Assembly (NCBI GenBank): GCA_965655095.1
Contig: OZ296653.1
Coordinates: forward strand, 16,120,001 to 16,184,000
DNA: 64,000 nt
Reading direction: 5' to 3'
Source of the DNA: Haplodiscus bocki
Taxonomy: Eukaryota
Both the position numbers and the translations under genes were made by a program. A model generated the notes under the pieces. That model had not been told where the DNA came from. It worked only from the letters and a program-made list of their open reading frames with translations, and made no database searches. How positions within the stretch are numbered: the stretch's first letter is position 1; every line of letters starts with the position of its first letter. Of the stretch, positions 33,526 to 48,300 are shown one piece after another.

Positions 33526-36377
33526 TTGTGTCAGTCAGAATGCCCAAAGTCCTCCGTTAGTGCTCAACACGAGTTGGTAGCCCAGCTCAATCTTGGTATT
33601 TTGATCAACAAAAAGGATCCCAAGAGATTTAACTCGGTTGACTGCACTCTGCGCGTTACCAAAGTTGTAGCCATAAAACTAAAAATTGCATGAGACATAA
33701 TAAAAAAAAGACTAAAAACAAAAAACAAAGCAAACAGCGCTAGAAACAGCGCATACTGATTTATTGTGAACCCACACAACCCGTTTTAACTTTCGATCGA
33801 TTTTCAGAATCTCTTGAGAGTGTTTTTGATTTCATTCAATTTACTTCTTTGATGAAACCGCTGTAATTGCTCTAAATGATTTTATTGATTTTCATATTGA
33901 TAATTGTTTCCATCAGTTAACTTTTCTTTTTTTGTTCTTGAAGTGTACAAATTTTTCGCCGATTGGATTCAGAAAACAAAAACAAATTTAGGAAGAGTAA
34001 ATGATTTGAATTTCATATTATAAATTTTTGCTGGACCGAAATTGGATAACCTCAATTTCTAAGTTTCATAACTTGCAAATCGACTGTTTTTATGAATTTA
34101 ATAATCCTCACAAATCCTTTCTAACAAATATTTTTGTCATTTTGAGCTTCCTACGTTGTTCAAATAGACAATTTCGTGAAATGCTTAGATTATGGAACGC
34201 TTACATAAGAAGGCCATGTTTACGCAGAAAAGTGTTTGGGGCCAAATGTACTTTACCACGGCACAGATACAACTTCCTACGGTCCAGAAATGAAATTTAG
34301 TAATTTATTTTTGTTGACTCTGGTCCCATTTCTGTTGGAATATCAATGCTAAACTTCAGCTCTGTGAGAGCAACCCGGAGTAAAGATTTGATTGTTCGTA
34401 ATTTTAGCTAAAATTAAATAAATTTAAAATCCAGTACTGTCAAGTGTCATGAGCTTCAGTAATCATTTTTCAGTGACATGCAACAATTTTTGTCAAGGAA
34501 AGAGCGAGTTTTCTTCCAACCCGAGTTTAACAACACAATGGTAACTTACTACGGGTGTATAGATGAATGTGCCCCAGCCATGTGCACATACATTCACCTT
34601 AATATTAATTCCCTGTACCCAGGGATGCACTTAGTATGTACACACTACATCTTATAGGCAAAAATAGAACCAATAAGTTTTTTTTTCATCTTTTGTGTTT
34701 TCCATTGCGAAAGTGTAGTGAGAATCTAACTGTCGACTCAAAACCAAGCGTTTTATGTCGGTTCAGAGAACAACAAGAATGATCTCATCCAACAAGACAT
34801 GAGCCAAATTTTGAAAAAAAAAATCGAATATTTTGTATCTGTTTTCAGACAAAGCCATTAAAACACGTGTTTAAGACAATTGCCTTTTCCTGATGCTTTT
34901 CAACAAATTCTTTGGCGTAAAACTTTAAACAAGCATGAATTTCATCGAATTTCACATTGAAAGGTTAATTGCGCTTCATCTTTGACGAAGTGCATGATAT
35001 ATCAAAACGTCACACAACTCATGTAATGTATACCTACTTGGGCTATAAAGAATTTACTACGATCCCAGGACTGGGCCCAGGGATAACTTAGTAAACCCCA
35101 TGATTTCATCCCTGGGCCCCTAATAAGTCATCCCTGGCTCCCTTGTACCCCATCCCTCTCATTTCAAGAGTGCTATGTCTCATCCTTGTACGGTCAACCC
35201 TGTTTGGTGGAAACACCTAAAGCATTTCTCCTGGAAATATGCTCTATTCAATGTTGTCTGACAAAATTGGCTACTTTTCCACATCTGCAAATCATAAAGT
35301 AGTTTGATAAACCGAAAGCCGGCTGATATTTGGTACTTAGGTAGAAAAACCGGCCAAAATCGGTATGATATATAAATACCTAAATCGCTTACCCAATAAA
35401 TTAATCTTACCTCAGCTGTATATATTTGATTATCTGCTCATCTTTTGGACAAAAAATTGGTCAATTTCAAAATTCAAGCCTTTCCAAACTTCTACTTCTA
35501 ACACAGGCTTCCCAGTGCTAGAATTGATACGAAAATGTTCAATTTTACCGATTGCCTCTCACAAAACTACCAAACCCTTCTGTCAGATCGGTAGGTTAAA
35601 TTTTCAATCTGTCCAGCAGTTTAAAGATCTGGTCACGTTTTTTCGGCTTCGAAGGCACTGTTATCACGCTGAAAAATGAAGCAGGCGAGTGAATGTAGCG
35701 GACGACTTGATAAACTCACTCGCTTTCTTCAATCGGCATTATCATGACTCGATAACCTAAACACAATCCCTGTTTCATTTACTCGCTGTTTGTTCGCTAT
35801 TTTCATTTGCTCGCTTCGTTCTTTCGGCAATGACGTCAGAAAAATTCTGGTAGCTTTGAAAAGCCGAGAAATGTTCAATATCTCCATTTTATTCAGGATA
35901 GGATTAGTGTTTTGGAAAATTATAAACTTTCAAGTTGTTAGGAGCCGAAACCAATCGAAATCGGTTACTTTTGAAAGGAACCGATAGAACACCAACCGAT
36001 TCCAAAAATCAGGTTATCGGCGGTACCATATCATATACTTAAAAGTTGGATGTAACGAAATCAAGGTACCTCAGCAAGAAAATAGAACGAAGAGATATTG
36101 AATTTGAAATGAATTCAATCCAGCATTAGTAAATAGAAAAAGAAAAGAACTGAATTGAACAGAACAGAAAAGGTTAGCAAGCGACTTCTGACAAATACGA
36201 ATTTGATTTGATTTACTCAATGCTCTCGTGCTTTTATGCATAAACAGAAAATTTCAGCAATTTGCATGGCACATATCATATATTCATCAATGAACAAAGT
36301 TTTTTGTTCTCTCACCCGACACTTCTGCAATTTCTCATCTATAGACAGTTTGAAGTTTCAAGCTACAATCATTTGGT

Positions 36378-39300
36378 TTATTCTTGTTCGTTTATCTGTT
36401 CATTCTTGGCAAAATCTTTCTCAATTAGAACCTCCGCGACAGTTTTTTCATCTTTGTGATTGTAAGACACTTTGACCATACCATCGACGACGTCATTGAC
36501 TTCCATTTCATAGTATTCAGCGTCCTCGTCATATTGTAGAACTTCAAGCACTTCCTCGGACTGGTAACCGTCTTCAACCTTGAGGGACACACCGTTTAGT
36601 ACACATCGCATGGCCAGGGGAGGCTGAGAATGAAACTTCCTATCCAACCTGCACAGATTAGCAAACAACACCTGGTCTGTGAATCCATAATCAATCATTT
36701 TCACCTTGTACTTCGAGTTTTGCTCCAGCTGAGCAATTTCAGCGCGATACCAATTACTATCTTCCGAACACTTACACGCAACTATGGACCCAACTTTCAC
36801 AAGATCTTGATCAAGACCAAATTTGGTAACTTCCGATGAATTGTTGTACTTTTCTTGAAGTCCAGCTTGAATTGTTTCGATAACATCAACGTCGTTTTGA
36901 ATTTGTATAAAAAAGCAGTTTGGAGTTTGGAATGAAATTGCAGCCATGATTTTGGAGCCAACTTCTGGCGATTCCTTGGGTGGAAGATTTATGTTTGGTG
37001 TACTGATTGCAAGTACGAACTCAGACAAAAGGTCCTTGTTTATTTTGACTTCGCCGGTCAGTGGTTCGGTTCCCTCCTTATCTACAATTTTTACATTCAG
37101 CTTGGAAGTTTCCAAATTCAGGCTATCCCAAATTTCTGTTTCAATTGCTTCAGTAAACTCACTGGCTGACAAAATTTGTTTAATGGAAATGGTGCATTTT
37201 TCAGGATCCAAGAGGGAGCTGTAATTCTCATCATTGACTTCAAAGCATTTTTTTCTTGACACTGTAGAAAATTCTCCGAAATCAACCAGGAACACGTCAA
37301 CATGATCTGCATTTTCTTCGTCTACTTTGATGATTTCAGCCCTGTAATACAGTTCATCACGAAGAACAGCAATACAAACTCTTCCCCGTTTCACACGCCT
37401 CAGCTTTCTCAACTTAATTTCCCCATTTGCAATTAATTCGTTGACTTCTTCGAGCCACTTTTCAGCATCTCCTTCCTTGCCAATGGGCGAAACTACAATC
37501 TTTTCAGCATCGATGGCCAATAGTTTGCATTCAACCCACTCGTTTTCAGAGAACGGCGTTTGCAAGATTTTGAAAGATGGGCTGATTTTTCCTTCGCTTT
37601 CTGTAAAACGCGCAAAACCAGCTTCAACAGCTTTGCTGCACAAACTCTGCTCATCTTCCAAGATGACATCAGCAAATGCAACTTGCTTTTCTTGATCAAC
37701 CAATCCAATTTTTACATTGTAACCTTCTTGTTCGCCCATTAACGTCTTCAAAGTGTCAACATCATCCGGAAGTACCCAGTCTTCGTCCAATTCATCTGGC
37801 ACGATTGAAACCAAATTCGCAATAATCGCTTGCGACTGTAGCCTGGATACAAACACTTCCAGGGTCGGGAAAATCTGTGATCGAGGAAGGGTTTCAGAAT
37901 TTCCCCAATCGACCAAAAACACTTCACATTGCTCTTCGGAGTCTTCTTCGGGTCCCGGGTCGCAACTTTTCACAAAGGCTCGATGCCAGCTATCATCCTG
38001 CTGAGACTTGATAACACACGTTCTTTCCAGAAGGGTATCATCTATGCCAAAAACCATTGTTTTTCCACTTCCATTCTCGTAGAATGAAAATAGATCTTGT
38101 TCTAAGCTTATCAAGTCTTCGTTCGTTTCAGCTACTTGGAATAAAACTTCATTGGGCGTTTCTACATCGACTAGAACACAGGGCAAAGTAGCATTCTCCT
38201 TCACAGTAGCATTGGGTGCTATTTTGCTAGCTGATATTTCATAAGGAGCTGCGATTTCTTTCTCAATTAACTGCTGAGCTAAATCTTTACCATCTAATTT
38301 GAGAATAACGTTTTTCCCATCAGAAAACATTTCCGCTATGACTTCGCCAGAAGCTGGAATATTAGCATGGACTATGTCCTGACATGAAGGCTTATCCCAA
38401 CCATTACATCCGGTAGGATTTAAAGCAAACAGACTAGCACAAAAAGAAAACATAGGTTTAGCAGCAAACGAGTTTTTCAGTTTTCTGATCATGGATTTAT
38501 CTTCCAAGCTATGAAGTTTTCCCGTATCTACATCACGAATTTGTGTCATCGGAGATTCTAGTTTTTCTACAACGCCTCTTTTCCATTGATCACCTTCGTA
38601 AAATGAGACAAAATGCTCTTGGGAAAGGTCGCTAGCGAGCAGTCTTCCGTCTTCGAGCGAGGTATAAAAATAGTTCATTTCGCTCAGCAAAGAGCTTAGG
38701 CTTTCATAGTCAGAGGCTAACTGTAAGTGAATGTTTTGAGGATCTTCAAAGTGCGAAATAAAATAGGAAGCAGGAGGTGACCCAGTTTGTACTCCAGAAA
38801 CACCTTTGGATAAAATTTCAGGTTTTGCATTCAGGGAGTCAACAAAATTTCGCAAAGAAGATTCACGGAATGCGAGAGTACCAAAAATAATTGGAAACTC
38901 GGAGTCAGAAGATACTGAGGTCACGTTCAACGTGATCGTTTCATTCTCATTGAAAACCAAGATAGTTCTTAAATCTTCTAAGACGTCAATATTTATCTTC
39001 TCAATTTCAAGGTCTTCCATCGCCAAAGACAAGCAAAAACAATGTTTTTTCCATATTTTTTCGGGTAGTTCTTTCAGATCGTTCAAATTGGCTAGTTTTT
39101 CAGTGTGTCCGTAATCCACAGCTCGAACAAAAGCACTTCTTATGCCTTCTTCGTTTTCTTCAACACTAAGAACTTGAACTCTGATCCAGCACTGTAAAAC
39201 TTCGGATTTCATGGCGCCCATTCGTCCTGGCCTAGCACGTCTCAATCGTTTATAACTGTTTGCATTCTTTGATATGTATTCGTTCATTTGGTTCAAATCA

Positions 39301-42300
39301 TCGTCATTTGAGTCAAGTTGGATCCATACAAAATTTTTGTCAAATTGCTCACATTTCATATGTGATGCGTGCCTCCAGTTACCGCCAATAACTTTTCCGT
39401 CACTTCCATTCTCGAGGGTCCAGGAAATATTTGCAGGCTCAACGGCAGAAACCCAAACTGGTACCTCTGAACCCGCCTCCAAATCAAACTTCGACCAACA
39501 GAGATGTTCAAAAACTGGTTTCTGTGTGCTCTGTGGATCTCTGGCAACTTTGTTGTCAACCAGAAGCGCAACTAGACTGGAACCGTCGACGTTGCAATCT
39601 CCTTTAACATGTGTCCCTTCAAACTCTTGAATCACAACTTCAATTTTCTGTGCCTCAGACAAAATTTCTTCTAAAACTTCTTTGTCATCTGCAACCCATT
39701 CTTCGCCCTCTACTGGGATTATTCCCGCTACTGTGCATGATATACTTTGGGCGGGTAACTCGCAAAACTCGCTAGCAATTTCCTTGATGTTTTCAATGGA
39801 TACCCATTCGCTGTTTCCCCAATCTACAAACATAACTTCTATATGATTCTGACTGCCTTGCTCTTGTGTGCTAATTTCTTCCACGAGACCTCTGTACCAC
39901 TGCTGATCTTCACCGGATTGGGCTAAACATACTTTAGGTGCTGTGACTCCTTCAATATCAGAAGCAAACTCTACTGAACTTCGAATATCTTCCTCCAATA
40001 CTGTTAACTTATCATGCGCCGTAACTAACTGAAACCTGATGTCATAAGGACTTGAACTGTCAGTATAGCAAACTTCTAAACTACTTCCTATTTCAAGTTT
40101 TTCATGGCGCTTATACCCTTTGCAAGCAGCACCAGCGTCAACGAGATCTTCGGCCATTAAAACTTCGGTTAGTGTTTTCTCATCATCAACATAAATATCA
40201 ATAGCCTGAGGATCTGAAGTTCTCGAGACGGAAATGACAGAGAAAGGCACGTGGTCAACTGCTTTGATAATTTCAATGACCTTTTGTGACACGTTCGAAT
40301 CGGGTTTGTTAAGCACTTGATACAATTTGCATTTAACTACAAAGGTTTCTTGGTCCACGGCGAATTCATGCGTTAGTTTTCGACATAACTCCAAGTTGCT
40401 TTTGTGAATACACGCCCCAGTGTCTAATAACCGAAGTTTGAAACTTCCGTCTGCCAAAATGTTTTCCACAGAAGCTCGACTCCAGTTACTTTCCAAGGGA
40501 TTCGCGTCAGGTATTATTTTCACGGCAACATGAGCTCCGGGTGTGAATTCTCGCTTTTCAATCTTCAGTTCTTCGTTATTGGTCAAATGGTTGTAAAATG
40601 ATGTCATTTTCTTGTTGAATTCTTCCCTCTTCAGAATGTTTTCTTCTCTGATCAGATACAAACTGCTGACATTTTCAAAGTTGCTCAGAAGAAAACCAGT
40701 TTCGTCACTGTTTTTCATGGTAGCCAACGTTACTACAGGATGGGCTCGTACTCTATCAATTTCTTGCATCAAAGATTCGCCATCGAGACTAAATTCTACC
40801 AATAAAGAGTCCTCAAGAAGTTTTAAAACTTCGATTTCACCCTTTTTGGGGGTTTCAGCCGTCATTATTATAGTCTCAGACAAAATATGAAGAACATCAA
40901 AATTGATCAATTCAGAGACCTCGGGTTTGAAAAGAGCTCTTATGCAACATCCGGGAATCGCAACAAGTTCTTTGCTCATTTCGAACAGCTCTTCGAGTTT
41001 GCATCTTTCTTCATTCCGGTAATCAACGAACAAGATTTCAGCAAAACCATCTTCAATCTTCAAAATTTCAGCCCTATAATAAAGTCCATCTTCAGCAAAT
41101 TTGGAAACGCACAATTTTCCAACTTTTGGTCTTCTCAACATTTTTCTCTCAGAGTCATATTTGGCCAAAGGAGCTCCCAAGTCTTCGAGGTGATTCTCCA
41201 GCTGAATGTATAAGCCTTCCTTGTCTACAGAAGCTACGTTAACAGTAGTCTTGCTTCCGACGTCCAAGTCATAAAAACTTTTCGAAAGCGTCGGCCATTC
41301 CAAAGGTGCCGAAGAAGAATCTCTGCAAATTTCGGCATCAATCAATCGCTGTTTCAAATCAGATTCATCACCACTCAACTTAATTTCAACTAAAGGAAGA
41401 CCATTTTCATTTACTCCAACTTGGCTGACAATCAGTTCATTTTCCCCAATTATTTTTTCAATAAATGACTGATCACTGCCCAGATAATCACCATCTTCAT
41501 CAGGTAAAACTCCGTTCAACGCTACCTGGATTCCCTGGGGTCTCAAACCTTTCAAAAAGGGCTTCCGTAGTGGCTTCAAATCCCCGAATGGCACTTTGCA
41601 CGTTCTTCCCCAGTCGACAAATCTCAGTTGACACATTTCAGTTTCTGTTTCAACATTTTCTACAACTGCCCGACAGCTTGATTCAAACTCTTTATCATAA
41701 CCTACAACCACGCAGCCTTCTGTTAACTCATTCGCAACAAGAGATTCCACTTCTTGCTGCTCGAGGTAATAACGATTGAGATCCTCTTGAAGAAGAGTTA
41801 ATCGGTCATTGACCTCTCCGCTGAGTTGTAGCACAATACGATTGGGATCTTTCGCACTGACAATCAAACATTTTGTTTCTTCAGTCGATACAGTTTCAGA
41901 ATCTAAGTACTTCATATCACAAAAAGTTGTCCTTTCTTCCACCAACTCCTTCTGAGCGACGGTTTCAGTGATCCAATTTTCTTGGAATTTAATATCAACC
42001 ATCAACGGTTCTATTCTCACTTGAAACTCGCATTCAACGGCATTATCGGATTCTAACATCTGTGACAAGAGTTCGCAAGCGTCTTCCAATTTTTCTTCCT
42101 TGAAATCACAGTCAAAAATTGCACAATGATATGCATGAGGAGGTTCGGAGGCAAAGTCGCGACTCAGTTTCCAGCAAACATCAATCGGGCATTCCAGAGA
42201 GTTTCCGTAATCGATCAACAAAACTTCAAAAACTTCAGAGCCTTCGCTGTCTTTTTTGTTCATCAATTTAGCTCGGTATATTTCTTCGTCTTCTGGAGAT

Positions 42301-45300
42301 TTCACAACAAGGAACTCTCCAATATTGATATCTTCAAGTTGTAATTCTTGCTCTCCGAGATTTGAGTATGCTGCTTTCAGTTTTTCCATCAACTCGGCTA
42401 ACTGCTGGGCAGCTTCGCTGTTTTGTATATATAGAGTTGCATCTTCACACACAAAAGTAACAGTAGCATTGATAGAGTTCACATTAGTCATATTTTGAGG
42501 CGCTATTTTTGGATTTGATTTCACAAACTTCAAAATATCAATCAAATTCTGGCATCCAAATTCTACATCAGCGACTACAACTTCATCACTGACGGTTAGA
42601 TTGGACAATTTCACTTTTTGGCCCACTATATTTTCGTTTAAATGTTTCTCAAGGTCAAAGTTCATCAACTCTTCCATATTAGGAACTGTCACTTTCAATG
42701 CATATTTGGGGCTCTCAACGAAGTCCTCAGGCAATGAATATAGAACGGAAGCGTCAGTTGTTTGCGTGTTCCCAAAATCCACAAATCTCACTGGCACAAA
42801 ATCATTTTCAAAACTTTCTTTTTGGGTTTCATCGGGTTCGATCACTTCAGCTCGGTACCAGCAATCATCTTCAGCAAACTTAGTTGCACACATTTTTCCA
42901 GTTTTGGGTCTTCGCAGTTTACAATGAGGTCTTTTCAGGTATTCTCCGTTGAACTGCCCAGCCAATTTGGTCTGCAATTCATCGACAGCTTCTTCAGTTG
43001 CAGCAACTTGGACCCAGATATTCTTTCTGTCAACTGCAGAAACAACGACTTCAGCGCTTTCACTGCTGTCAATCTCAAAAATGTCCGATTTGTATTTTAC
43101 CCAGGTAACTTCTTCCATGTTATTGATTCGCGCAAGTTTATCATCAACCAAATACTTGCAGTACAGTTTCGTTCCAAATCTGAAGTCCGATCCAGAATTG
43201 TCCTCAAAAGAACAGAAATGATTAGTCACGTCATATTTCGCGATCTCTTTCTCGAGGTCGACAAAACTTTCATCTTCAATTGGAATCAAACCAGATATTT
43301 GCAACCTTTGTGCGAAAACTGGAAGCGTTTGCAGAAACTTGGGTAACTTTTTCAAACAAACTTCTGTCAAAGGTTTCTGTATTTTTTTATTTACATCAAT
43401 CAAATGCAGCTGCGACTCCTCGGAATCATACACAACTCTGTAATAAGCACTGTCTACTTCGCAGGCTACGACCAGATCTTTCACAATATCCTCTTCAGTG
43501 ATAACTTCCTGTTCCTCCCAAATCATTTGGATCTCTTCTCCAATGTTAGCAATCTCGGAATCGAATCGAGACAAGGAATAAGAGAGCTCTACGGGACTTA
43601 CAAAATCTGATATTGTGATAGGTTGCTTTGCAATGTCAATAGAATGGGTCGAAGGATAAACAAACTCTGCTTCTTCGATTTCTTCGGGTTCAGGTCCTTT
43701 CGCAATCGAGACAATATTGACTCTTCCCAAATGCAACAAGGAAACTTCAACTTCTTGGCCAACCAATTCTTCCAATTCTTGAGATGCATGTGTTGTAGTC
43801 GAGCATTGAACAGCTATAGCTGACTTCTCACAAAAGTTGCTCGTTATTTTTCGAATATGTTCTTTCGCAACTTTTTGGGTGGTTGCGTGATCAATAGACC
43901 GCACTGCAAAACTACCATCAGCACCTACTTCTATAATTTCACCTCGGCAATATTGGTAACTGCCCTCACGTTCAGAGTTTTCGTTTTTGTGAACTATGAA
44001 GGACCCGACAGACAACTCATATTCTTCGGGCATCAGAGGGTTTGTTTCAATCAACGAGGGAAGGATGACTTCGGCGGAATCACTGCTTCCATAGAATGAG
44101 TCAAGTTCTTTCTGTAATGCAGCATTTTCAGCTGCTTGAACTTCGGTTTCTACAACAACAGCGTTGAAACAATTCCCGGTTTCAACTTTTGCAACTTCAA
44201 TAACACGTAATTGTACTTGATCACATTCAAAACTTCGAATGTCGACGTACATTTTGGACGCCAGCTTCAAAATTTCATCGCTCAGGTCTTTGCCATTAAC
44301 GAATACATTAGCAAACTCTTTCGAGGCATCCTGCTTCAATTTAACTTCCACGGAATCGGTTATGGATAATTCAAACATTACAAACGGGGAAATAAGTTTC
44401 TCAAGATCTGGATTTATAGGCACCCGTTTTGCTAGGTAAGGCACTTTGGCAGCAAAGGAAGGCAGCAGATGAATTTGGGCAACTCTTTCGCAGGTTCCAA
44501 AATCTATGAACCTCACCACAAAAGAATTGGCTTCTGCCTCAATTTTCTCAACTCTACACCGCTGAATATCCTTGTTCGCCATCTTTGCAGTGTAACATGA
44601 GTACAAAAGAGGTTTCTTGATCAATAGTTTGTCAGCGCCATGTTTGTCAAAAGTAGTTTTCAATTCATCTTGTAAGTTTTTCAGTAATGTGTCGCGACCA
44701 GCGTGTGCAATCCAAATGTGCGAAGTTTCCAAGCACAGTAACTTGCAAGCTAAATCATTGTCTGATGAAATATGGCCCTGCAACCATGTCGAGTTTTCGT
44801 CTTCGGCTGAAAATGTGGCATAATGATTGGCATTTTCGAGTTCATCGTCCTCTTTCCTTGCAACAGCAAAATTCTTTTCAAGGAATAATTCAGACATCAG
44901 CTGGTCATCTTGTAGAAGTATATCTACAGTTACAACATTAGTGGAATCTCGACCCTTGAATGAAACTTTGACTTCTTTTTTCTCAGTCAATTCTTTGAAT
45001 TTATTGAAAGCGGAAAGAGTCCACTCACCCTCTTGTTCGGCGATTGTCACAGGTCCAATCAACCCATGAAGTCGACTTTTGATCACCAACTTACAAGTGG
45101 AAGCCAAACTTACGTCGAGAGAAAGCAGCTGTTTTATGGAAACATCGGGCTTGTTTGACCCAATGTCGCAACAAAATAACACACACTTCTCGACATTTTC
45201 CGCAATGCTGACAACCTCAGCTCGTCTTCCACTAGTTTGGCCGGTTGGTAGAAGATAGCAAAAATTTGCTTCAACTTTCTGAGGTCTTTTCACATTCTGA

Positions 45301-48300
45301 GGCGTTGACAAATACTGTTTTACAAGTTCGTTCATTTTGGTTAATTCTTCGACTATAACTACCAGGAAATTTGAAGGGCTTTCAAAATTGCAAACTCTAC
45401 AAACTACAGGCTCGGCAGGCAAAAATTTATCGTAGTCTTGCAAGACGAAACTTTCTCCAGTGTTCGGGACTGCTGGAGTTTGATTGAACGATAACTGATT
45501 GGAATGTGGCTTTGAGGTGCCTGAGGAAAACACGCTTTGCTCGGAGGAAGAATTAGAGCCGCGATGTTCTCGTCGAGTTTTTCCAGGCATTTGCGATGAT
45601 GGAAATGGATCGGAGTCATTAGTTCTTCGTGGTCCTCGGTTTTCCCTATTATTAACACCGAAATCTCTATCGCCTTCTTCTCGATTGCCAACATTGTTTT
45701 CATTTCTGTTTTGGAAGGATCCGTCATCTCTTCTGCCAAATCCTCCACCACCACCTCCCTCTCTTCGATTCTGGAACCCTCCTCCTTCGCTTTGACCGCC
45801 GAAACCACCTTTGTCGCCACCACCGAAGTTTCTCTGGTTACGGTCACCAAAACTTCTTTCAGGTCGTGAGCCCGAACTTCTTTCTTCCCGACCACCTCTG
45901 CTACCAAAACCTTCGTCCTCTTGGCTCCCAAATCTTTTGTTTTCGCGATTGCCAAAACCTTCGTCTTCTCGGTTTCCAAATCTTTTGTTTTGGCGACTGC
46001 CAAATCCTCTATCATCTTGTTCTCCGAATCCTCTGGTGCCTTTATCATCTCGATTTGCGAATCCTTTTTCCTCGCGGTTAGCGAATCCTCGGTCTTCTTG
46101 AGCTCCAAACCCTTTGCTGTCTCGGTTACCGAAACCTCGATCATCCTGGTTTCCAAATCTTTCGCGATTACCGAATCCTCCTTGATCACCAAAGTCATTG
46201 GTCCTTTCATTTCGATCAATAAAGTTTCTGTTAGCCCTATCACCCTGACCGAAAGATTCATTTCTTCTATTGCTACGTTGATCACTAAAAGTTCCAGGAC
46301 CATCTCGGTCAAAATTGCGACCACCGGATTTAAAACCTTGCGATTCACGATCACCTCGCTGATTCCCGAAAGAGCCTCCCTTTGCAAAAGTGTTCTGCTG
46401 AAACCGATCCGGATTCTGATCAAACCCAACTGCTCCGTTCTGTCTTCTCTCGTCCGACGCTGGGAAGTTGCTTCTTTGCATTCCATTGGACATTTGACCT
46501 CTAGGTTCATGATCTCCTTGTCCATGTGGTTTTCCTAATCGATTCCTGTCAAAGCCACCTCCCGAGGCCCCTTGAGGCGAAGTTGGTCTACCGAACTGTT
46601 TGCCATCGCTAGCAGGGCGAGCACCACTTCTAGCATTGATAATCTCACGTGCGTCAACCAATGGTTTTGAGGGAGTTTCCATTTTCATTTGATCGTGTCT
46701 TCTTCCTTCTGGTCTGGCTTTTCCTGGCGATGAACTGAGAGCTCTTTTGATAACATCAACAATGTCATCGCCATTTGCGTCAATCAATGTCACTGATGCT
46801 CTGTTCGAATTTGAGATGTTAAACTTCACAGTAAACTGTTCTTCTATCACTTTTTCCTCAAAGAACCCTTGCTCAACTTGGCCCCAACTCTCAGCCAGCG
46901 CTTTCAGTTCTTCTATCTGCACAGGAACGGCTAAAGCTGCGTATTGGAACAAAGACCCATCCAGCTTTCGCATATTCATTAACGCAACAGTTTCCACATT
47001 TCCGTAATCTACGAATAGCACCGAGTAAGATGATTGGCCAACTTGGCTGATGACTTTGGCGCGATACCAGCTCTGATCTGAGTCAAATAAGGCTGCACAG
47101 ATCAGTCCAGGGATCACTTTGTCAAGGATGTAGGTACAGTCACGTTTGCAGGTTGTGTATAAGGATGACATCTGAAATATATTTACCATGATTAGAATTC
47201 ATAACCTAAAGTCATAGTCACACAGTTTTTGAAATGTTTCTGCAAGCATAACACATATTCGAAGCTGAACTTGCAATGCACTTTGATTTTTCGAGATCAA
47301 AGATCTTGAAAGACACTTGAAACCATAGTTACCGACTTGATTGCCACTACACCAGCAGTCAATCAGAAGTTTATTCGAAAAAAAAACGAATTGAAACAAG
47401 TGCAGTACTCATTTTAATTTGGTAAAATCCTGAGCAAAAATTAGCGTTTTTGAAGCCCAAAATCTCAATAACTAATGGGTTTAGAGAAAGAGTAAAAACA
47501 TATGTTTCTTAAAATTTAAAGAAATTACAAATGTTTTTATTTGATGAAAATCGGACGAACATTCAGAATTTCAGACCCCAGTATTGGCCACTTTTCACTA
47601 TTTTTTTCACTTTTTCCGCTTTTAGTAGTTAAATAACAAGACGATCGGCTACCATCGGCATATTTTCCCCCACTAATTTTGTTAAAGATGCCTTTTGAAA
47701 AGATTCAAAGGATTTTTTCACGAAAATACTTTTCAAATTTTCTAATTTTTCCAAATTTGAAAAATTTTCTGATTTTTTTGGAAAAAACTTCACAATAAAG
47801 GGGAAACGACATTTCTAAGAAATAATATCATTTGATACGCATTCTAGAGCAAACTTGCTACCTTTAACCATTTTGTACAAAAAAAAACAAAAAACCCCAA
47901 ATTTCGTAGTTTTTGGATTCTTAATATTTCAGTCGCATTCTACAGCAAATTTGCTATGATTTGGTGATAAAAAATTTCAAAACTCAGAATCGGACATTTC
48001 GGTCAGACATTCTCAATTGGCAACTAAACGTTGAACAAAACGTTCGCGTTGAGAAGATGATTTTCCTCCTATGTTATAAATATGGCGAAAATAATTTTAA
48101 AAATTCGGGATTTATTCGCTAATTAGTTCAGTTATGAATCCCCAAGAGCATATCATTGCACTTTTGAAATATTTTCTAGTTTAAAATTTCTGGGTTTTTA
48201 GAAACCAAAAATATGATTTACATGTATTACGATAGGATAACCAATTTCATTTCGTTTTATCGGCGCGAACTTTTAAATAATGATTTTTCAAAAATTGAAA

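Noticed and set aside
26469-36378. Functional linkage between the Polinton and the neighbouring Tudor gene
   Set aside because: Proximity alone in a repeat-rich genome is not evidence; ~10 kb of ordinary repeat-rich DNA separates them
45404-46538. 373-aa alternative-frame ORF and antisense ORFs over the RG/FG region
   Set aside because: Expected by-products of repetitive, stop-poor coding sequence in the Tudor exon
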